Assembly (NCBI RefSeq): GCF_009914755.1
Contig: NC_060933.1
Reading direction: 5' to 3' (one strand)
DNA: 64,000 nt
DNA from: the human T2T-CHM13v2.0 reference genome, Homo sapiens
A program made the position numbers and the translations under genes. How positions within the stretch are numbered: position 1 is the stretch's first letter; each line of letters begins with the position of its first letter. Shown here piece after piece: positions 39,681 to 57,858 of the stretch. The notes below the pieces were generated by a model, which was not told the origin of the DNA, did no database searches, and saw nothing but the letters and a program-made list of their open reading frames with translations.

Positions 39681-40512
39681 AAAATGTCAAAGTATAACAA
39701 GTGACCAGAGGAAGAAGCAACAGATTCTTCCAGGAGAGGTCAAAAAGACTTTCTGAAAGAGGGAACACTTGAAGGATGACACCTGAGTGAGTAAAGGGTC
39801 ACCAGGTGGGCAAAGTGGGAAGGACACTCTAGGCAGAGGAACAGCGTGAGTGATGACACAGAAGCAAGAAAGAATGCAGTATGTTCAGGAAACGAAGGAA
39901 GTCCGGCATAACTGAACGTAGCAAGTAAATGGCCGGAGATTTGGCTGTAGAGGAAGTGGATTATGACAGACATGGAATGCTGGGCTAAGCAATTTTGACC
40001 TTATTCTAAGAGCAACGGAGAACCATCAACTGGCAGGTGCAGGTTCTGATTTTTCCTGGAGGAGTATCAGGCACCTTCTCTAACAGCCCTGAAAGATTTA
40101 TAGATGCACTTGGACTCCATAAAGATCCACAGTGACAGTAGCACTTCTTCAACAGTATGATAGACATCAGAGCTTGCTAAAAATATGTCTGAGCCACCAC
40201 AGCGTACCAAACCACAGACTGTTTATGTAGGAAGGGGCTGTCAAAATCCATATAGGCCAATGACTGCCTTTTCTCCTCACTGCAGTTTGATGCAGTTTGG
40301 CAGATGTGGCAGGCATCAGAGTCACACTGCCGGGGGTTTAAATCCTGGTTCTGCCACTTGCCAGCTTGAAAGACCTTGAATGACTGACCCCTCTGGTTCT
40401 GTTTCCTCAGTCATTCAATGAAGGTAACAGAGGATGCAGTGAAGAGGAAATGCAGTTATATATGCCAAGCACTCATTTGGCATACAGTGTGTGTGTTAGT
40501 TTGCTAGGGCTG

Positions 40513-41234
<722 letters not shown>

Positions 41235-43734
41235 GGCTGCCGTAACAAAATACCATGGACTGGGTGACTTAAACAACAGACATTTATTTTCTCACAAATC
41301 TAGAATCTTGAAGTCCAAGATCAAGGTGTCAACAGGGTTGGTTTCTTCTGAGCCCTCTCTCCTTGGTTTGTAGACAGCCTTCTCCCTGTGTCTTCATATG
41401 GTCTTTTGCCTGTTTATGTGCCCATGTCTGTGTCCAAATTTTCTCTTCTTATAAGTCATATTGGATTAAGGCTCACCCTAAAACATCATAACTACCTCTT
41501 TAAAGGCCTTATCTCCAAATATAGTTACATTCTGAGGTCCTCAGGATTAGGACTTCCACATATGAATATGAGGTAAGGGAGGACATAATTCAGCCCATAA
41601 TAGTATGTATATTCCCAACTAATGTTAGATGCTTCCTCCTCCAGCTCCAATTGGTGAAAATCTTTATGTCCCAATTCCAGGCACGACTTCTCAGGCTCTC
41701 CTATCCTAACTATTCTATGAGAACTAGTTTGTGTCATGAAAAACCTTCCATAAGGACGTGCATTTGTTCCTTGCTCTGTGCATGACAAAAAACAAAAAAA
41801 CAAAAACAGCAACAACAGCCCTGGTGCTATCCTAACACTGTTGGAATGTGCCTAACGAGTCACTTGAATAACCTTTCTTTAATTTAATCCAATGGCAGTA
41901 ATTTTCTGGAACACACCGTTACAAGGGAGCAGTATGATCTCCAGGGCTTTTTGTTGTCTAATTAAAAGGCACTGTAGCAAGAAGGAGTTTGCAGTTGCCT
42001 TTCAGAATCTGATTTTGGAGTTGGAGAAAATGAGGATTTTTTACTGGACTGTGAGGAGGTTAGGAAGGGTGGCCGGCCCAGGGAGACTGTGGAAGCTTTT
42101 GCTGGTCATGTGGCAAAGGCTTTGTGCCATTGTTTTTGCTTGTCAGAAAAAGCCAAGGTCACTCCACTGTCTGGGAGTCCTCTTTCCTTTTAGGTGATGG
42201 ACAACGAAAGCCTGACCATGGGCTAAGAGCCTCACTGGCTGAGGAATTTCATGGGGCAGGGGTGGCTGCTGATCCATTTACAAAATTAACTCATTCATCA
42301 GCACTGTCTTACTGAACATTTATTAGGTGCTAATGGTGGGCATAAAGGTAAAAATAATTGACATTTATAAATATCTATAGATTACAGGTTCTTAATGTGG
42401 GGATCATGACTTCAGAGCACCTGTGACGTCTCAGAAATTGTGCACTGTATCTGTGCTTGTGTGCGTATCAATGTTTCATTTTTCTAAATTCTGTGGTCCA
42501 TGACCAAAAACATTGAGACCTCCTTATTCTAAATAATACTTGCTTCAATTTACTGAGAGCTTACTTTATCAGATACATTATGTTCCTTTCTTCATTTAAG
42601 ACTCATGTCAATTCTCCAAGAATTCCTGTATCATCCCCATTCAACAGATGAGGAAACTGAGGCTGGGAGGCTAAGCTTTTAAAAGGCAAAGCTTGGGTTT
42701 CATCCAGTCATACAACAAACTTTTATTGAATATCCCTGCTCTAGAGGAAGAGTTAGACAACTGCAATACAATGAGGTGGGTGCTCCAATAGAGGAAGGTA
42801 GATGGGGCACAGAGGGAGCACCTGACCCAATGTGGAGGTTGGAAGTCAGGAAAGCTTCCTGGAGGAGTGAATGCCTGCACTGAGTCTTAAGGAGAAGGCA
42901 GGTAAAATAGTTGGGAAGGGGACTCCGGAAGTGAAGACTAATTTGCGTCTGGGAGTGTGCCAGTTCAAGAAGGGAGAGAAACACAGAAACACAGATCTGA
43001 CCAAGGTCTTCTTTTTTTTTTTTTTTTTTTTTTTTTTTCAGAAACCTCATTCAACCAGTAAACCTCAGAAATGATATTCAGCCTCACTTGTGATCAGAGA
43101 GTTGCAAGTTAAAACAACATTGAGATACCATTTCGCACATACCAGATTGGCAAAATCAAAATAACTGACATTACCAAGTATTGGCAAGGTTGTGGTGCAA
43201 AAGGAATGTGCTTACAGGGCTGGTGGGAGTATAAATTGGCAGGACCACTGTGGAGAGCTGCTTGGCAGCATCTAGTAGGCTTGAAAAAATGCCAACTCTA
43301 GACCTGGTGGCTCCGTATCTTGGTATGTTTCCTGGAGGAAACTCTTACACATTTGTACCAGACATGTGTCCGTTGGTTTCTGCTATGTAACAAACCATCC
43401 CAAAATGCACTGTCTAACCATCACCGGTTTAGGTCACACTTCTGTGAGTCAGCTGAGCTTTTTCATGGGTCTGCGGTCAGTTGGAGGCTCAGCTGGTAGC
43501 TGAATGATCTAGGAAGCCCTTACTCACTTGCCTGTCAGTTCGCTGGCAATTGGCTGGGGCTACGGGAGCAATTGGTCTACACATCCCTTGTCATCCAATT
43601 GATGTCACAATTAACACCTTTGCCTGGGAGATAGGAGATGCCTCGAATAAATGGGAGCTGAAATCACACTTTCTGCAGGATGAACTGATAACATGAATTA
43701 GAAAAACGCAGCCTTCAATTGCTTTTCTTTTCCT

Positions 43735-45000
<1,266 letters not shown>

Positions 45001-45692
45001 ATAAGTCTTAGAGTTTATAGCCTTCAAGAGTCAACCTTTTGAGGCCTTTCAATCTAACATCTGCTTGTGTTACTTTCAGTTTCTTCCTTGTTGTTATTGA
45101 TGGTTTCATTTCTTTGTCAGCTTTCTACCAACCAGCATTCAGATGCGATGTGGCTTCAGGCCCAGAAAACTCACAGTTTTGGGGCAGCTCTGTCTATTCC
45201 ACCCTTTGGACTCTGAGGCCCTGACAAGATTGAGGAACTGCAGCTCCCTCGCCTGCACACTTTCGCTGGCTCATGGGGAATCTTTCTGTTCCCAGTTCCA
45301 TTTCATTCCTGTTCCCTCTACTGTAGAGCCTTCCTTAGCTCCGCCCTCTCCTCCACCCAGCCAAGGGAGGGGGGTTCCTGGGGGTCATCCAACCAACTCT
45401 CCATTTCTTGCTGGGGACTCTGAGGCATGATAGGGTGGTTGTGGTGTCCTAGGTTAGAAAATAAGTTGATGGCAGAATTTGACAGAATTCCAAGTTTCTT
45501 TTTTTCTTCTTATTATAGAAGTAATGTGTGCTTATTGTACAAAAATTTGAAAATAGATGTAAATAGATGCAAAAAGAATAAAAACACATTTTTTGGAAAA
45601 AGATCACCCCTAATTCCCCCCACTATAGAAAATAAATGCAAACGTTTTGGGTGTATAGCTTTTATTTATGTAATTATCCATTCATTTATTCA

Positions 45693-46470
45693 GTGTGATA
45701 TTGTGATTTATAATAAGAAATATATTTTTTGGTCTTTGACCCCAATTCCTGACACAGAGCTGCTAATCCCTTGGAATTTCCTGGATGATAGAAGCATATT
45801 TTGTTCTAATGAGGCAGCTCTTAGTGGGTTCCTGAATGGAGGTGGTCGCCAGAAACATGAAACCGTGATTAGAAGCTCAGAACTTTCAGCCTCACACTGC
45901 CTACCCGTATCCCCCAGGAAGGGAAGAGGAGCTGGAGACTGAATTAATAATCTACCATGTGATAAAACTCCAAAAAATCCCTGAACTATGGGGTCCAGAA
46001 AGCTTCTAGGTTGCTGAACACAGGAAGGTTCTCAAAGGGTGTCAAGCCCACAGAAGACGTGGAAGCTCTGCACCCCTTTCCCACATACCTTGACTTGCGT
46101 ACCTCTTCCTCCACTATTTGTCTATATCCTTTGTACCATCCAGTATAATAAACTGGTAAGCATAAGTACATGTTTCCCTGAGTTCTGTGAGCTGCCCTGG
46201 CAAAGATCAAAACTAAGAAGGAGGTTGTAGGAACCTCCGATATACAGCTGGTTGGTCAGAAGCGCAGGTGATGGCGTGGACTTGTGATTGGTGTCTGAAG
46301 TGGGTGGCAGTCTTGTAAGACTGCACCCTTAACTTGTGGGGCTTGTGTTAACTCCAGGTAGATAGTGTCAGAATTTAATTGTATCGTACGACACCCAGCT
46401 GGTGTTGGAGAATCCGTCTGTGTGGGAAAAAAACTCACATATCTGGGGCCACAGAAGTGTTAACTGTGAG
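45693..46470 (+). mobile_element. ERVL-class LTR (MER21-like)
   Basis: tgtgatattgtgatttataataagaaatata...ttcctgacacagagctgctaatcccttggaatttcctg resembles the MER21B/C start as I recall it. Confidence 0.78.
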
Positions 46471-47074
46471 TATAAAGAAAAATTCATTTTTCCTGTATAC
46501 ATTCAGTAAAGGTTTATTGGGTGTCTACCAATTGCTAAGTACTTTATCAAACCCTGGGGACTTTTTTTTTTAATATACGTAGGTATGTAAATATATACAT
46601 CTTTCCCTACAAAAATGGAATCATCATTATATAGATATTATATATAATTTGAATTTCTCTATCATACCAACAATATGTGGTCAGTCTTTTTCTATGGCAA
46701 TGCAAATAAATCTACGTCATTCTTAATGACCATTTAGAATTTACCATGATTTCTTTAAGCAATCCTCTGTTATCAGACACTGCAATATTTTAACTTTCTC
46801 TTATTGTCAGCATAGCTATAATAAACAATCTTTTGTCTTCTTAACTCTTCAGATAAATTCATAGAGACATAGTAGCTGGCCAAAAGTATATTCTTTTCTA
46901 GAGGCTATTATTGATACTTTTTGCCAGCACCTATCAAAAAGACTTCATAGGTAGCGTCTCCCATCAGGAGTATGTAAGAATGCCTATTACCCACTCCTTG
47001 TGAACATTCTGCTAAGCCCTGGGGAACTTATTCTTTTTATTCTTTTCCAATTTGAAAAGCAAAAAAATTGGTTG

Positions 47075-47905
<831 letters not shown>

Positions 47906-49369
47906 TATTGGTAATGCATGACTTTAACATTTGTTTTCTGTCCCAGCTACTCAGGAGGCTGAGGTGGGAGGATCATTTGAGCCCAGGACTTTGAGGCCAG
48001 CCTGGTAACGTAGCGAGACCTTGACTCTTTAAAAAAATGTTTTTTGATTCCTGAAAAGATTAAGCATTTTTCCATATATACCTTTGTTCATTTTTCTACA
48101 ATAATCTTTGTCTTTATTTACTTTTAAGAACTCTTTACAAAATAAAAATATTCACAACTAAACCCTAGGCTCTTTTCCTCTTTTACTCAATCTCAAACAC
48201 AGCAAAATGTGTCCAGACTTTGGAGTATTTTTAAATTGTCAGAGTATAGCTTGCCTTGGGTGCTGCTCTCTGCCTACTGGCATGGGGAGAGAATCCTCTT
48301 CTTATGGCCCCAGCTGGGGAATGTGACATTTGTGACTTCTGTATTAATCAAAATAGGCTAGATTATGCCACATTAAAAAAATGACCCCAGAAATCTTGGT
48401 GAGTCACAGCACAAATATTTATTTCTCACTCAGACCACATGTTCACTGCAGGTTGGCTAAGACCCTGCCCTGCACCATTACTCCAAGACCCAGGCTCCTA
48501 TTGGAGCTCCCATCTGGGACATTAGCATCAGGAAAACAGAAACTATACTGTGACTTTAACAGAGAGAATTTAATATAGGAAATTGTTTTCATGAGCACTA
48601 GAGGAATGAAAAGTCAACAGAGAACAGTGAGGGAACACTAAGAGTTAACTGCAGGAAGGAAAGACCAATCCTAAGCAAAGGCCACCCCTAGATTTGGGGG
48701 AATGAAGGGAATAAATTGGGATTATCAGAACCTAGCGACTTAGAGGCAGGGCTGGCCACACAGAGCTGGTACCCAGATCTCTGAAGAGGTGGAGCTGCTC
48801 AACTGGTCTCACAGGAGGTGCAATAAGGCTGGCTTTGGGAGGGCTGGGAACTGGAACCAACTACTAGTGCCAGGAGCAAGGGCTGTTGCTATGGAGACAC
48901 TGACAGGATCGGCAGGCAAACAGGAGTGAACAAGACCCTTCTCCCCTCTCCTTTGCTTGCAGCCTCTCCCCATGCTCACTGATGGCAAAACCAAAAGGAA
49001 CATCAGACAAAAGAGCCTCAGCATGGCAGAGTAGAATATAGAAGAGTGGACAGAACTAGCTATATGGTGGAGGGAAGGGGAGTGTGATGAACCAGGCACT
49101 ATTCAGCAAGTGTCATCAGAAGTGACACCATCCACATCCCCTTGGCCAGAATAAGTTAGGAGGCTAAGCCCTGTTGTCATTAGGCAGGAGAGTATTATCC
49201 TCCTCCATAAAGGGGCCTCTAATATTACGAATGGTAAATACAGAACGGTCTACCAAGATTTCAATTCGGCCCCCAGATTCAAACAGGCTTTCACCTGGTG
49301 AACATCTATCTGGTCAGCTGTAGTTGGAGCTTCCTCCTTTGGCCAGTGCCTGGTCAAAAGTACTCTAAG

Positions 49370-49522
49370 GTTTTGTCACTCAAAGTATGGTCCAATAGCA
49401 GCCGCCTTACCTGGAATCTCTTGAGAAATGCAGATTCTCAACCCCACCCCAGATCTGCTGAATCAGAACCTGCATTTGAACAAAGTCCACAGGTGATTTG
49501 TGCACATTCAAGTTTGAAAAGT
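49370..49522. mobile_element. MER5-like hAT-Charlie DNA transposon relic
   Basis: ctcaaagtatggtcc...agaaatgcagattctca...cccagatctgctgaatcagaacctgcattt. Confidence 0.8.
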
Positions 49523-49904
49523 TCTTCTCTCTTGAACCTGAACCAAAAGGAGAGTATGCCTTGCACATAAGCCTGGGTAGGGTTTCTTTGTTTGTTTGTT
49601 TGTTTGTTTTCCAACCACCTGTATCAGCAGCCTTGAATTACACTCAGTCTCTGTTAGGTTCTGGAGTTAACTTGAGGGCCCATCTTAGTTTCCTACATTA
49701 ACGAGAATTTTCTTTTTCTCTTTTTTTCTGCCTAGTCATAAGGATTTAGTGAAAAGCTGGGAGGGACCACATCGGGGGTTGCTAGTCATTTGCCACTTTT
49801 TTGCAATTTCTCAACTTCCAAGTCCATGGCTGTAACTTGCCTGGTCCCTGGTTTGTAACTTCACTTGAATGCCATTCCTTTAATCCTTTGAAGAGGCTCA
49901 GGGT

Positions 49905-50360
49905 TGTGTTAATTTCCTAGGACTGCTGCAACAAATTACCACAAACTCAGCCACTTAACACAGCAGAGATTTATTCTTTCACACTTCTGAAGGCTGGAAG
50001 TCCAAAATCAAGGTGTCAGCAAGACAATGCTTCCTCTGAAGGCTCCAGGGAAGAATCGTTCCTTACATCTTCCTAGCTGGTGGCTCCTGGAAATCTTTGG
50101 CTTCTCTTGGCTTGTAGTTGCATCCCTCTCATCTCTGCATCAATGTTTACATGGTCATCTTCTCTATGTCTCTGTGTGTGTCCTGTCCTCTTCTTATGAG
50201 GACACCAGTGATTGGATTTATGACCCACTCTAAATCCAGGGTGATTTCATCTCTAGGTCTTAAGCTAATTATATCTGCGAAGACTATATTTCCAAATAAG
50301 GCCATCTTCTGAGGTTCCAGGTGAACACAAATTCTGGGGGTCCCTATTCAACCTGCTACA
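49905..50360 (-). mobile_element. MLT1-family LTR
   Basis: tgtgttaatttcctaggactgctgcaacaaattaccacaaact...ggaagtccaaaatcaaggtgtcagc. Confidence 0.8.
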
Positions 50361-52644
50361 AGGTTGAATGCATGTAAGTCCTAGGTCCCTATTCAACCTG
50401 CTACAACGGTGAAAGCATGTTGTCACTGGGACTTTCTCCAAGACCCAAACCCCAATGTTGGCACCATGGTTCCACCATAGGGATGCCTCTGAGTACCCTG
50501 ACCTCTGACTGTAATTCTATGTGAGGCATGGCAGTGACAAGAGCCAAATGTTTCCCCTGCAGCTGGGATTGCACTAACCACAAATCCAAATGCTGTAAAA
50601 TAAGTCAGAACAAATCTCTTCGCCTTTACAGCACACGCAAATCCACGGATGTCTGCAGCAACTGACTGTACAAAACCAATTATTCTGAAACAGTGCTTTC
50701 ATTTTTCATATGCTGTGGATTCTCTTCAACGCAGCAGCCTTAGGCAACTTATAGTAGCAAGGCAGTTGAGGCCAGTGATTTGAGCATTAGGGTGAACTTC
50801 TCCCTTCCTCAGGGCTACACCCAGGGAGACACAGTTATTTGCAGACAGAGGGTCCAAACCATGTGGTCCCACCAGACTGTGAGCTCTTGGAGAGCAGAGA
50901 CCGTGACTTATTCTGTTTTGTATATGCAGAACAGTTTCCAGGACACAGTAGTTACTCCGTCATGTTTGGTCAGGTTTCCCATAAATGAACCCTGAGTTGA
51001 AGACTCGCCAGCACGTGGTTTATTATAGAAGTGTTCCCAGGGAAACCCACAAAGGAATAGGGGAAGCAGACAGGAAAGAAAGGGGAGACCAGCCAGCAGG
51101 GCCAGAGCTGGAGGTGGGGGGGAGTCAAGTGAGGGGCCTACAGTGTGAAATGTAAGGAGGTTTGTGCCTGAACCTGAGTGTTAAGCGTCTCCTTCAATTT
51201 TGTGCCCTGGTTGCCTTACTCGCCTCTCCCTGCCTAGTCCCAGCCCTCTGGTCACGGATGTGATTTCAGACAAAATCCCTCACAGGGCAGCTTCAGCCTG
51301 ATCCTGGGGGAACCCTGGAGTGTAAGTTATGCCTTAGACTTTTCCTGGTTAGGGGCTAGAGGCCTGGGGCTTTCTGACTCCTGTACTCCCTGGGCACTGG
51401 TTAAGGACACCTTGAGAATCAGGATAACGTAAATTCCCAAGAACAGACCTCCTAAAAAGAGCCACAGGTGCTGGCTGTTGGAAGGGAAAGTGCACCTAAG
51501 GAGGGGGACTTGGGGCACATGATCAGTAGGAAGGGATCTGGGTGAGCATCGATAATACGTCTCACCAGTGTTTGTTGAAAGAATGACTGAATGAAGGAAG
51601 AAGTATATAGGTGAATGAACAATTGAATTAATTGAACAAATGAAGGAATGAACTAAAAGTTGAGAGCATTAAAGTCTTGTCTTTGACCAACTTTGAGCTC
51701 CCACCCCACCCAGCTTGCATGCGGATGCTGGATGACGAGCATGGTGGTGGATGTCCTCATAGCAAAGTTCATCTCTCCTTCACCAGGAAGTTTCCCATCA
51801 GTAGTGGATACATAGAACGTCCACCGACATGATCCAAATGCTGGTAGACCTAATACCCAAAAAGAGAGCAGAGCAGAATGTCCTTCTTTTCCCTGGAAAC
51901 ATCCCCTAAGAGACAGCAGGGAAATGAAGAAGAAAGTCATTGGTTTACTAGTGACCTGGCTGACAGGCTCTTGCTCTCCCAATCCCTCCATCCTACCCAT
52001 TAACCAGAGCTCCCCAAAGCAGCCCAGTATACGGTGTCACTGCTTAAATCCCATCACATCTCCCTACTGACTCTTATTACATTCCAAAATATTTACGCAT
52101 TTGATGACTCAGAATAATCATCTCTGTCCCAAGCCTCTGAGACTGGCAGTAAGAGCAGCAGAGAATTCTTACCTTGCCTGGCTTTCCTGCTACCAAGAGA
52201 GATATGGTGCTAACACCGGTCATGGGGACAACATAAAACACTCAACACTGCCCAGCATGGCCCCTCTCACCCAAGAGGACTTTCCTTGTTCACACTCTCA
52301 TTTTCTGTTGGGGGAATCATCATTGTCCTAGGAACCCAAGCTTAACACTCAGAGTCAGGCCAGGCTCATACCTGTAATCTCAACACTTTGAGAGGCTGAG
52401 GCAGGAGGATCACTTGAGATCAGGAGTTCGAGACCAGCCTGGGCAAAATACCAAAACCCTGTTTCTATCATATTAAAAATGTAACATGTTTAAAAAGCTC
52501 AGAATCATCTATTTATTCATTCACTTATTGAGCACTAACTTTGGGTGAAGCCTTGTGCTGAGTCCTGATCCTTTAGCAGTTTGATAGATGACCTTACATG
52601 AATATCTGTACAGTTCTAAGCATATAAGCTCCAAGGAGATGCTT

Positions 52645-52855
52645 GTTAGATGGACAAATGGGTAGGCAGAGCTCTGGATGGATAAGTGGGTGGATGGATG
52701 AATAGATGACTGGTAGATGGATGAATGGATCTGTGAGAGGTTGAATGTATGGGTGGATGGATAGAAAGATGGATGGATGGATAAATAGATGAATGGATAG
52801 ATAGATAAATGAATCTGTGGGAAGATGAATGGATGAGTAGATGAATGAGTAGAAC
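52645..52855 (+). repeat. Degenerate (GGAT/GAAT)n simple repeat
   Basis: Many tggatggatg/gaatggatag units. Confidence 0.85.
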
Positions 52856-54199
52856 AGTGGAATCTATCAGTTATGTTTCTTTGGTATCCTTTCCCCCTCT
52901 TCTGGGAATAGAATCCTTCTTTTCTAAAGAGTACACATTTCCTGTGACTGTGTGGGGCTGAACTTGACTTCTCACACTCTCCACCCTGGCCATGTGTCCT
53001 AGGCCTAGCTAATCAAACTATCCAAAACCTCTGGCCACAGAAATTAGTTTTAGTCCAGGACATGCAAGCCAGACCAGCGTTCTCCCTGGGACTTTTTGGC
53101 TGGTGCCAGCAGTAGACACCCTCTCTTGCCTGGGTTGCTAAACTGTTAAGAGACTTGTTTAAGGCTGCTGGAGGCTGTTTTACCTGCCACAAGGAGAAAG
53201 CCTAAATGAGGATGGGAAGATGAGAGGTGGGAGAAGGAAAAAAGAAAATGAGAGAAAGGGGAGGAGGGAAAGGTGGAAGATGAGAAAGAAGATGAGAAGT
53301 AGGAGGAGGGGTACTAGAAATAGTCAGAGACGTAATTTAAGCCTCCAGTGTGGGGAGCCAGTTGAACTCTTGGACTTTCCAGGTACATAAGTCAATTTTT
53401 CCTTTCTCTGACTTAAGATAGCTTGAGTTGTATTTCTTTTACTTATAACCAAGAGAATCTTATCAGTGCAGAGTGAGGGAGTAAATAAATGAGTGAATGC
53501 ATGATCAAATGAATGAATGAGTTCCATAAATATCAAACTAGTCGATGTTTTTTCCTCCCTTAAGAGCTAGACCTGCAAATATAAGGATTTAATGAGATGT
53601 TCCTGGTTTCTACTGGGGCCTGTCTGATTGCTTCCGTTATGTCTGGTGTTGACTCTAACTCTTGAAATGTAAATGAAAAATGAAAAGGAAAAAACAGCCA
53701 ACTAAAAATAATAAATCTCTGGAGCTGACATTCAACTGTGGCTGCAGATTTCAAGCTAGGAGTTATTATACAAGAACGACTGAAACAAAAATCAATACAA
53801 TTTAAAATTCTCCCAAAGTCTTCTTCTCCACCTTCCCATCCCCATTCAAGCTGAAGTAGTGGGAGCAGGTGGGCACGCAAGTCTGACTACACATACATAT
53901 TCCCCCTCCCTTCCCCATCTCCTAGAGCTTTCCCTTTATCCAGAACTTTCCAACAGCTTTTCAATGATTGATAACAAGTACCACCTGGGGGTTCATGGAA
54001 GTCTTTCCAGATGAGGTGGATGCCTGAGCTGCATCCTGTAGACTGGGAAGGACCCAGGTACAGAAAAGTGAAAAGGACTCTCGGGACGTGGAATCAGCAT
54101 GAGTAAAGTCACCAAACAGTTGTGGGCAAATATAGGCAGTGGGAATGGTCATAGTTGAGGTTGAAGAAGTTGCAGAGGTCAATTATAAAATTCCTTGTA

Positions 54200-54830
54200 G
54201 GCTGGGCACAGTGGCTCATGCCTGTAATCCCAGTGCTTTGGGATGCTGAGGTGGGAGGATTACTTGAAGCCAGGAGTTAGAGACCAGCCTGGGAAACACA
54301 GAAAGACCTCATCTCTACAAAAAATATAAAAATTAGCTGGGGAGTTGGGGGTGGCTGGGTGCAGTGACTCACAACTATAATCCCAGTACTTTGGGTGGCT
54401 GAGGCAGATGGATCATTTGAGGCCAGGAATTCAAGACCAGTCTGGCCAATATGGCGAAAGCCTGTCTCTATTAAAAATACAAAAATTAGCCAGGTATGGT
54501 GGCAAATGCTTGTAATCCCAGATACTTGGGAGGCTGAGGCATGAGAATTGCTTGAACCCAGGAGGCGGAAGTGCAGTGAGCCAAGATTACACCACTGCAC
54601 TCCAGCCTGAGCAACAGTGAGAATCAGTCTAAAAAAAAAAAAAAAAAAAATTCCGCTGGTGGTGGTGGTGCACACATGTAGTCCCAGCTACCGAGGAGGC
54701 TGTGGCAGGAGAATTGCTTCAGCAATTCAGGTGTTCAAGGTTACAGTGAATTGTGATTGAGCCACTGCACTCCAGCCTAAATAACAGAGTGAGGCCTTGT
54801 CTCAAAAAAAGAAAAATAAATAAAAATAAA
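54200..54830 (+). mobile_element. Alu (54354-54650) nested at the left/right arm junction of an older Alu
   Basis: Left arm 54200-54340, complete inner Alu with poly(A), then the outer right arm resumes at ~54655. Confidence 0.88.
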
Positions 54831-55953
54831 AGTATTTGTAAATCCAGAATTTGTGTGTTTCTCTAACTGTCCTCCGTGGAACATCTATAAGGGGCTCTAC
54901 AATGGGCTTTTAAACAATACCAGTCACAGGACCCCACTGCAAACCCACTTAGGAGAGGATCTGTTGGGGCGGGGTCACAGCTCTGAATTTGCATTAAGTG
55001 TCCCGAGGTGATTCAGATGCTCCTCGAGGTTTGCAGGAGGCTGAGGCTGCTCCTGTAATGAAATAGAGATTTCTTTTCCCAGCATTAACAAGAAGTGTGG
55101 GGCTAGACAGTTCTGAGTTACTGTTGGCTGCTCGAGGAAGTCCTCAAAAAAACAGAGTCCTTCTAGCTTACTCTTCCACCAAGCTTAATGCATGACTTTC
55201 AACTTCCTGGTGTCAAGATGACTTCTCCAAGTATCAATTTGTGTGTCAGACAGAAAGAAAGAAGGATGCACAAAAGGGGCTGTGTTCTGGTTCAGTCCAT
55301 CCCTTTTTATCAGGAAAACCATAAGTCCCAAGAAGCCCCAGACAGTAGATTTCTGCTTACGTCTCACTGCCCCAAGTAAAATTGGAAATCTATTAGAAAA
55401 TAAAAAGGAGAGATTGGATATAAAGTGAATAGAAAGGAGGTGGTATAGGGAGCTATGAATGGCAGGCCACGGATGGATTTCATTCATCTCCACTGCTGAT
55501 AGAGGTTCGACAAGGAGCAAGGCAGAAGCAGAGGGAGCAGTGGGGGGCTGCTGCAGCCCAACAGGGAAAGATCATGATGACCTGCAGACAACGACCTGCG
55601 GACGATGACCTGCAGACGATGACCTGCACAGGGTAGTGGCTGTGCTGAAGGATTCAGGACATACTTAGCAGGTCAAACTGACAAGATTTGATGGATTGTA
55701 CGAGAACAGAATGAGGGAGGGAGCATAATGGGGAAAGATGCACAGTGAAGAAAAGGAGGAAGCGGTGACCTTAAAGATGTCTGTAAGATTCTGGCTTCAG
55801 TCCCTGGGAATATGATGCCATTCATAAGTGAGCTTGTAGCTAGAGAGAGAGAAGGAGCTGGAATTGCTGTGTCATCTAGAAATATGAAATATCAGCATCT
55901 CATGTCAGAGCTCAAACTACAGGGGTGAATGTGACAGTCGAGAAGTGTAAGGT

Positions 55954-56258
<305 letters not shown>

Positions 56259-56850
56259 GTAAGGTAAGACAAGCAATGGACCACAGAGCTCTGTGTGCCC
56301 CACACCACAGCTGCTCAGGTCACCAGATAGATGAAAGTAGAACCATTTCAAATTTTCCTTGAAAGCTTTCACCTGCTGGAAGTAGAAGTAGAATGCTCCA
56401 GTTTCCAAAGCCCACCCTTTCCCTGGTCCAGGGAGCCACTGAGTTGTTCACTACCACCCTCTCCCTGGAACACCATCTAAGATCTTCTCCTCTGGACTAA
56501 AAAAACAATTAATAACAATAGCTAACACTGATTGAGTGCTGACTCGGAGCAATGTATTGAGTATTTGCAAATCACATCTCATTTAATTCACACAACTGAT
56601 CTCATAGCTCCATTTTACAAATGAGGAAGCCAAGACTTGGAAAACACAGCTAGTCAAGGTCAAAACCAGTAGGCAAACCCAGGAGTGACTCCAAAGTTCT
56701 AAATCTCAACCACTATGTGATACCACTTCCTAGCTTCTAGCATTTTCTGCCCTGAGTTTCAATTATTTACTGCTTGTTTTATATCCCCTATTTAACTGCA
56801 GCCCTCTGAGATTAGATTATTTTAGACCTTTTCTTAATAACTGTTGAATA

Positions 56851-57148
56851 GGCTAGGTGCCATGGCTCATGCCTGTAATTCCAACACTTTGGGAGGTCGA
56901 GGCAGACAGATGGCTTGGCTCCAGAAGTTCGAGACCAGCCTGGGCGACATGGTGAGACCCCCGTCTCTACAAAAAAAATGTAGCGGGGTGTGGTAGTGGC
57001 ACGCAACTGTAGTCCCAGTTACTCAGGAGGCTGAGGTGGGAGAATCACCTGAGTGCAGGAGATTGAGGCTGCAGTGAGTCGTGATCGCGCTACTACAATC
57101 CAACCTGGGCGACTGAGTGAGACTCTGTCTCAAAAAAAAAAAAAAAAA
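56851..57148 (+). mobile_element. Alu (AluJ-like) with TSD actgttgaata
   Basis: Full dimer, poly(A) and flanking direct repeat. Confidence 0.93.
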
Positions 57149-57447
57149 TTACTGTTGAATAAAAGAATTAATTCAGGCCCCAAATTATGGCCCTAGGTTT
57201 AAGCATAGACATGCTCCCTGATTGTCATGAATCCTTTCCTAGTTGATCAACCTTAATATTCCCTTTAGGACTAGACTTAGTTCTTTTCAGTGTATAGATA
57301 TTTGTGAAAATTCCGTTGGTGGTGATCTTGATTTCAGAGATGACAACAGAGCAAATGTCAATCGTTAATGAACTGCAAGTACCATTATGAGAAACCGGTG
57401 TCCGAGTGGCTGCTGCTGATTTGGTTGTAAGAATTTTTGTTCTTCAT

Positions 57448-57858
<411 letters not shown>

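Noticed and set aside
45427-45942. 171-aa plus-strand ORF
   Set aside because: It runs through AT-rich and MER21-like LTR sequence with no domain or splice support.
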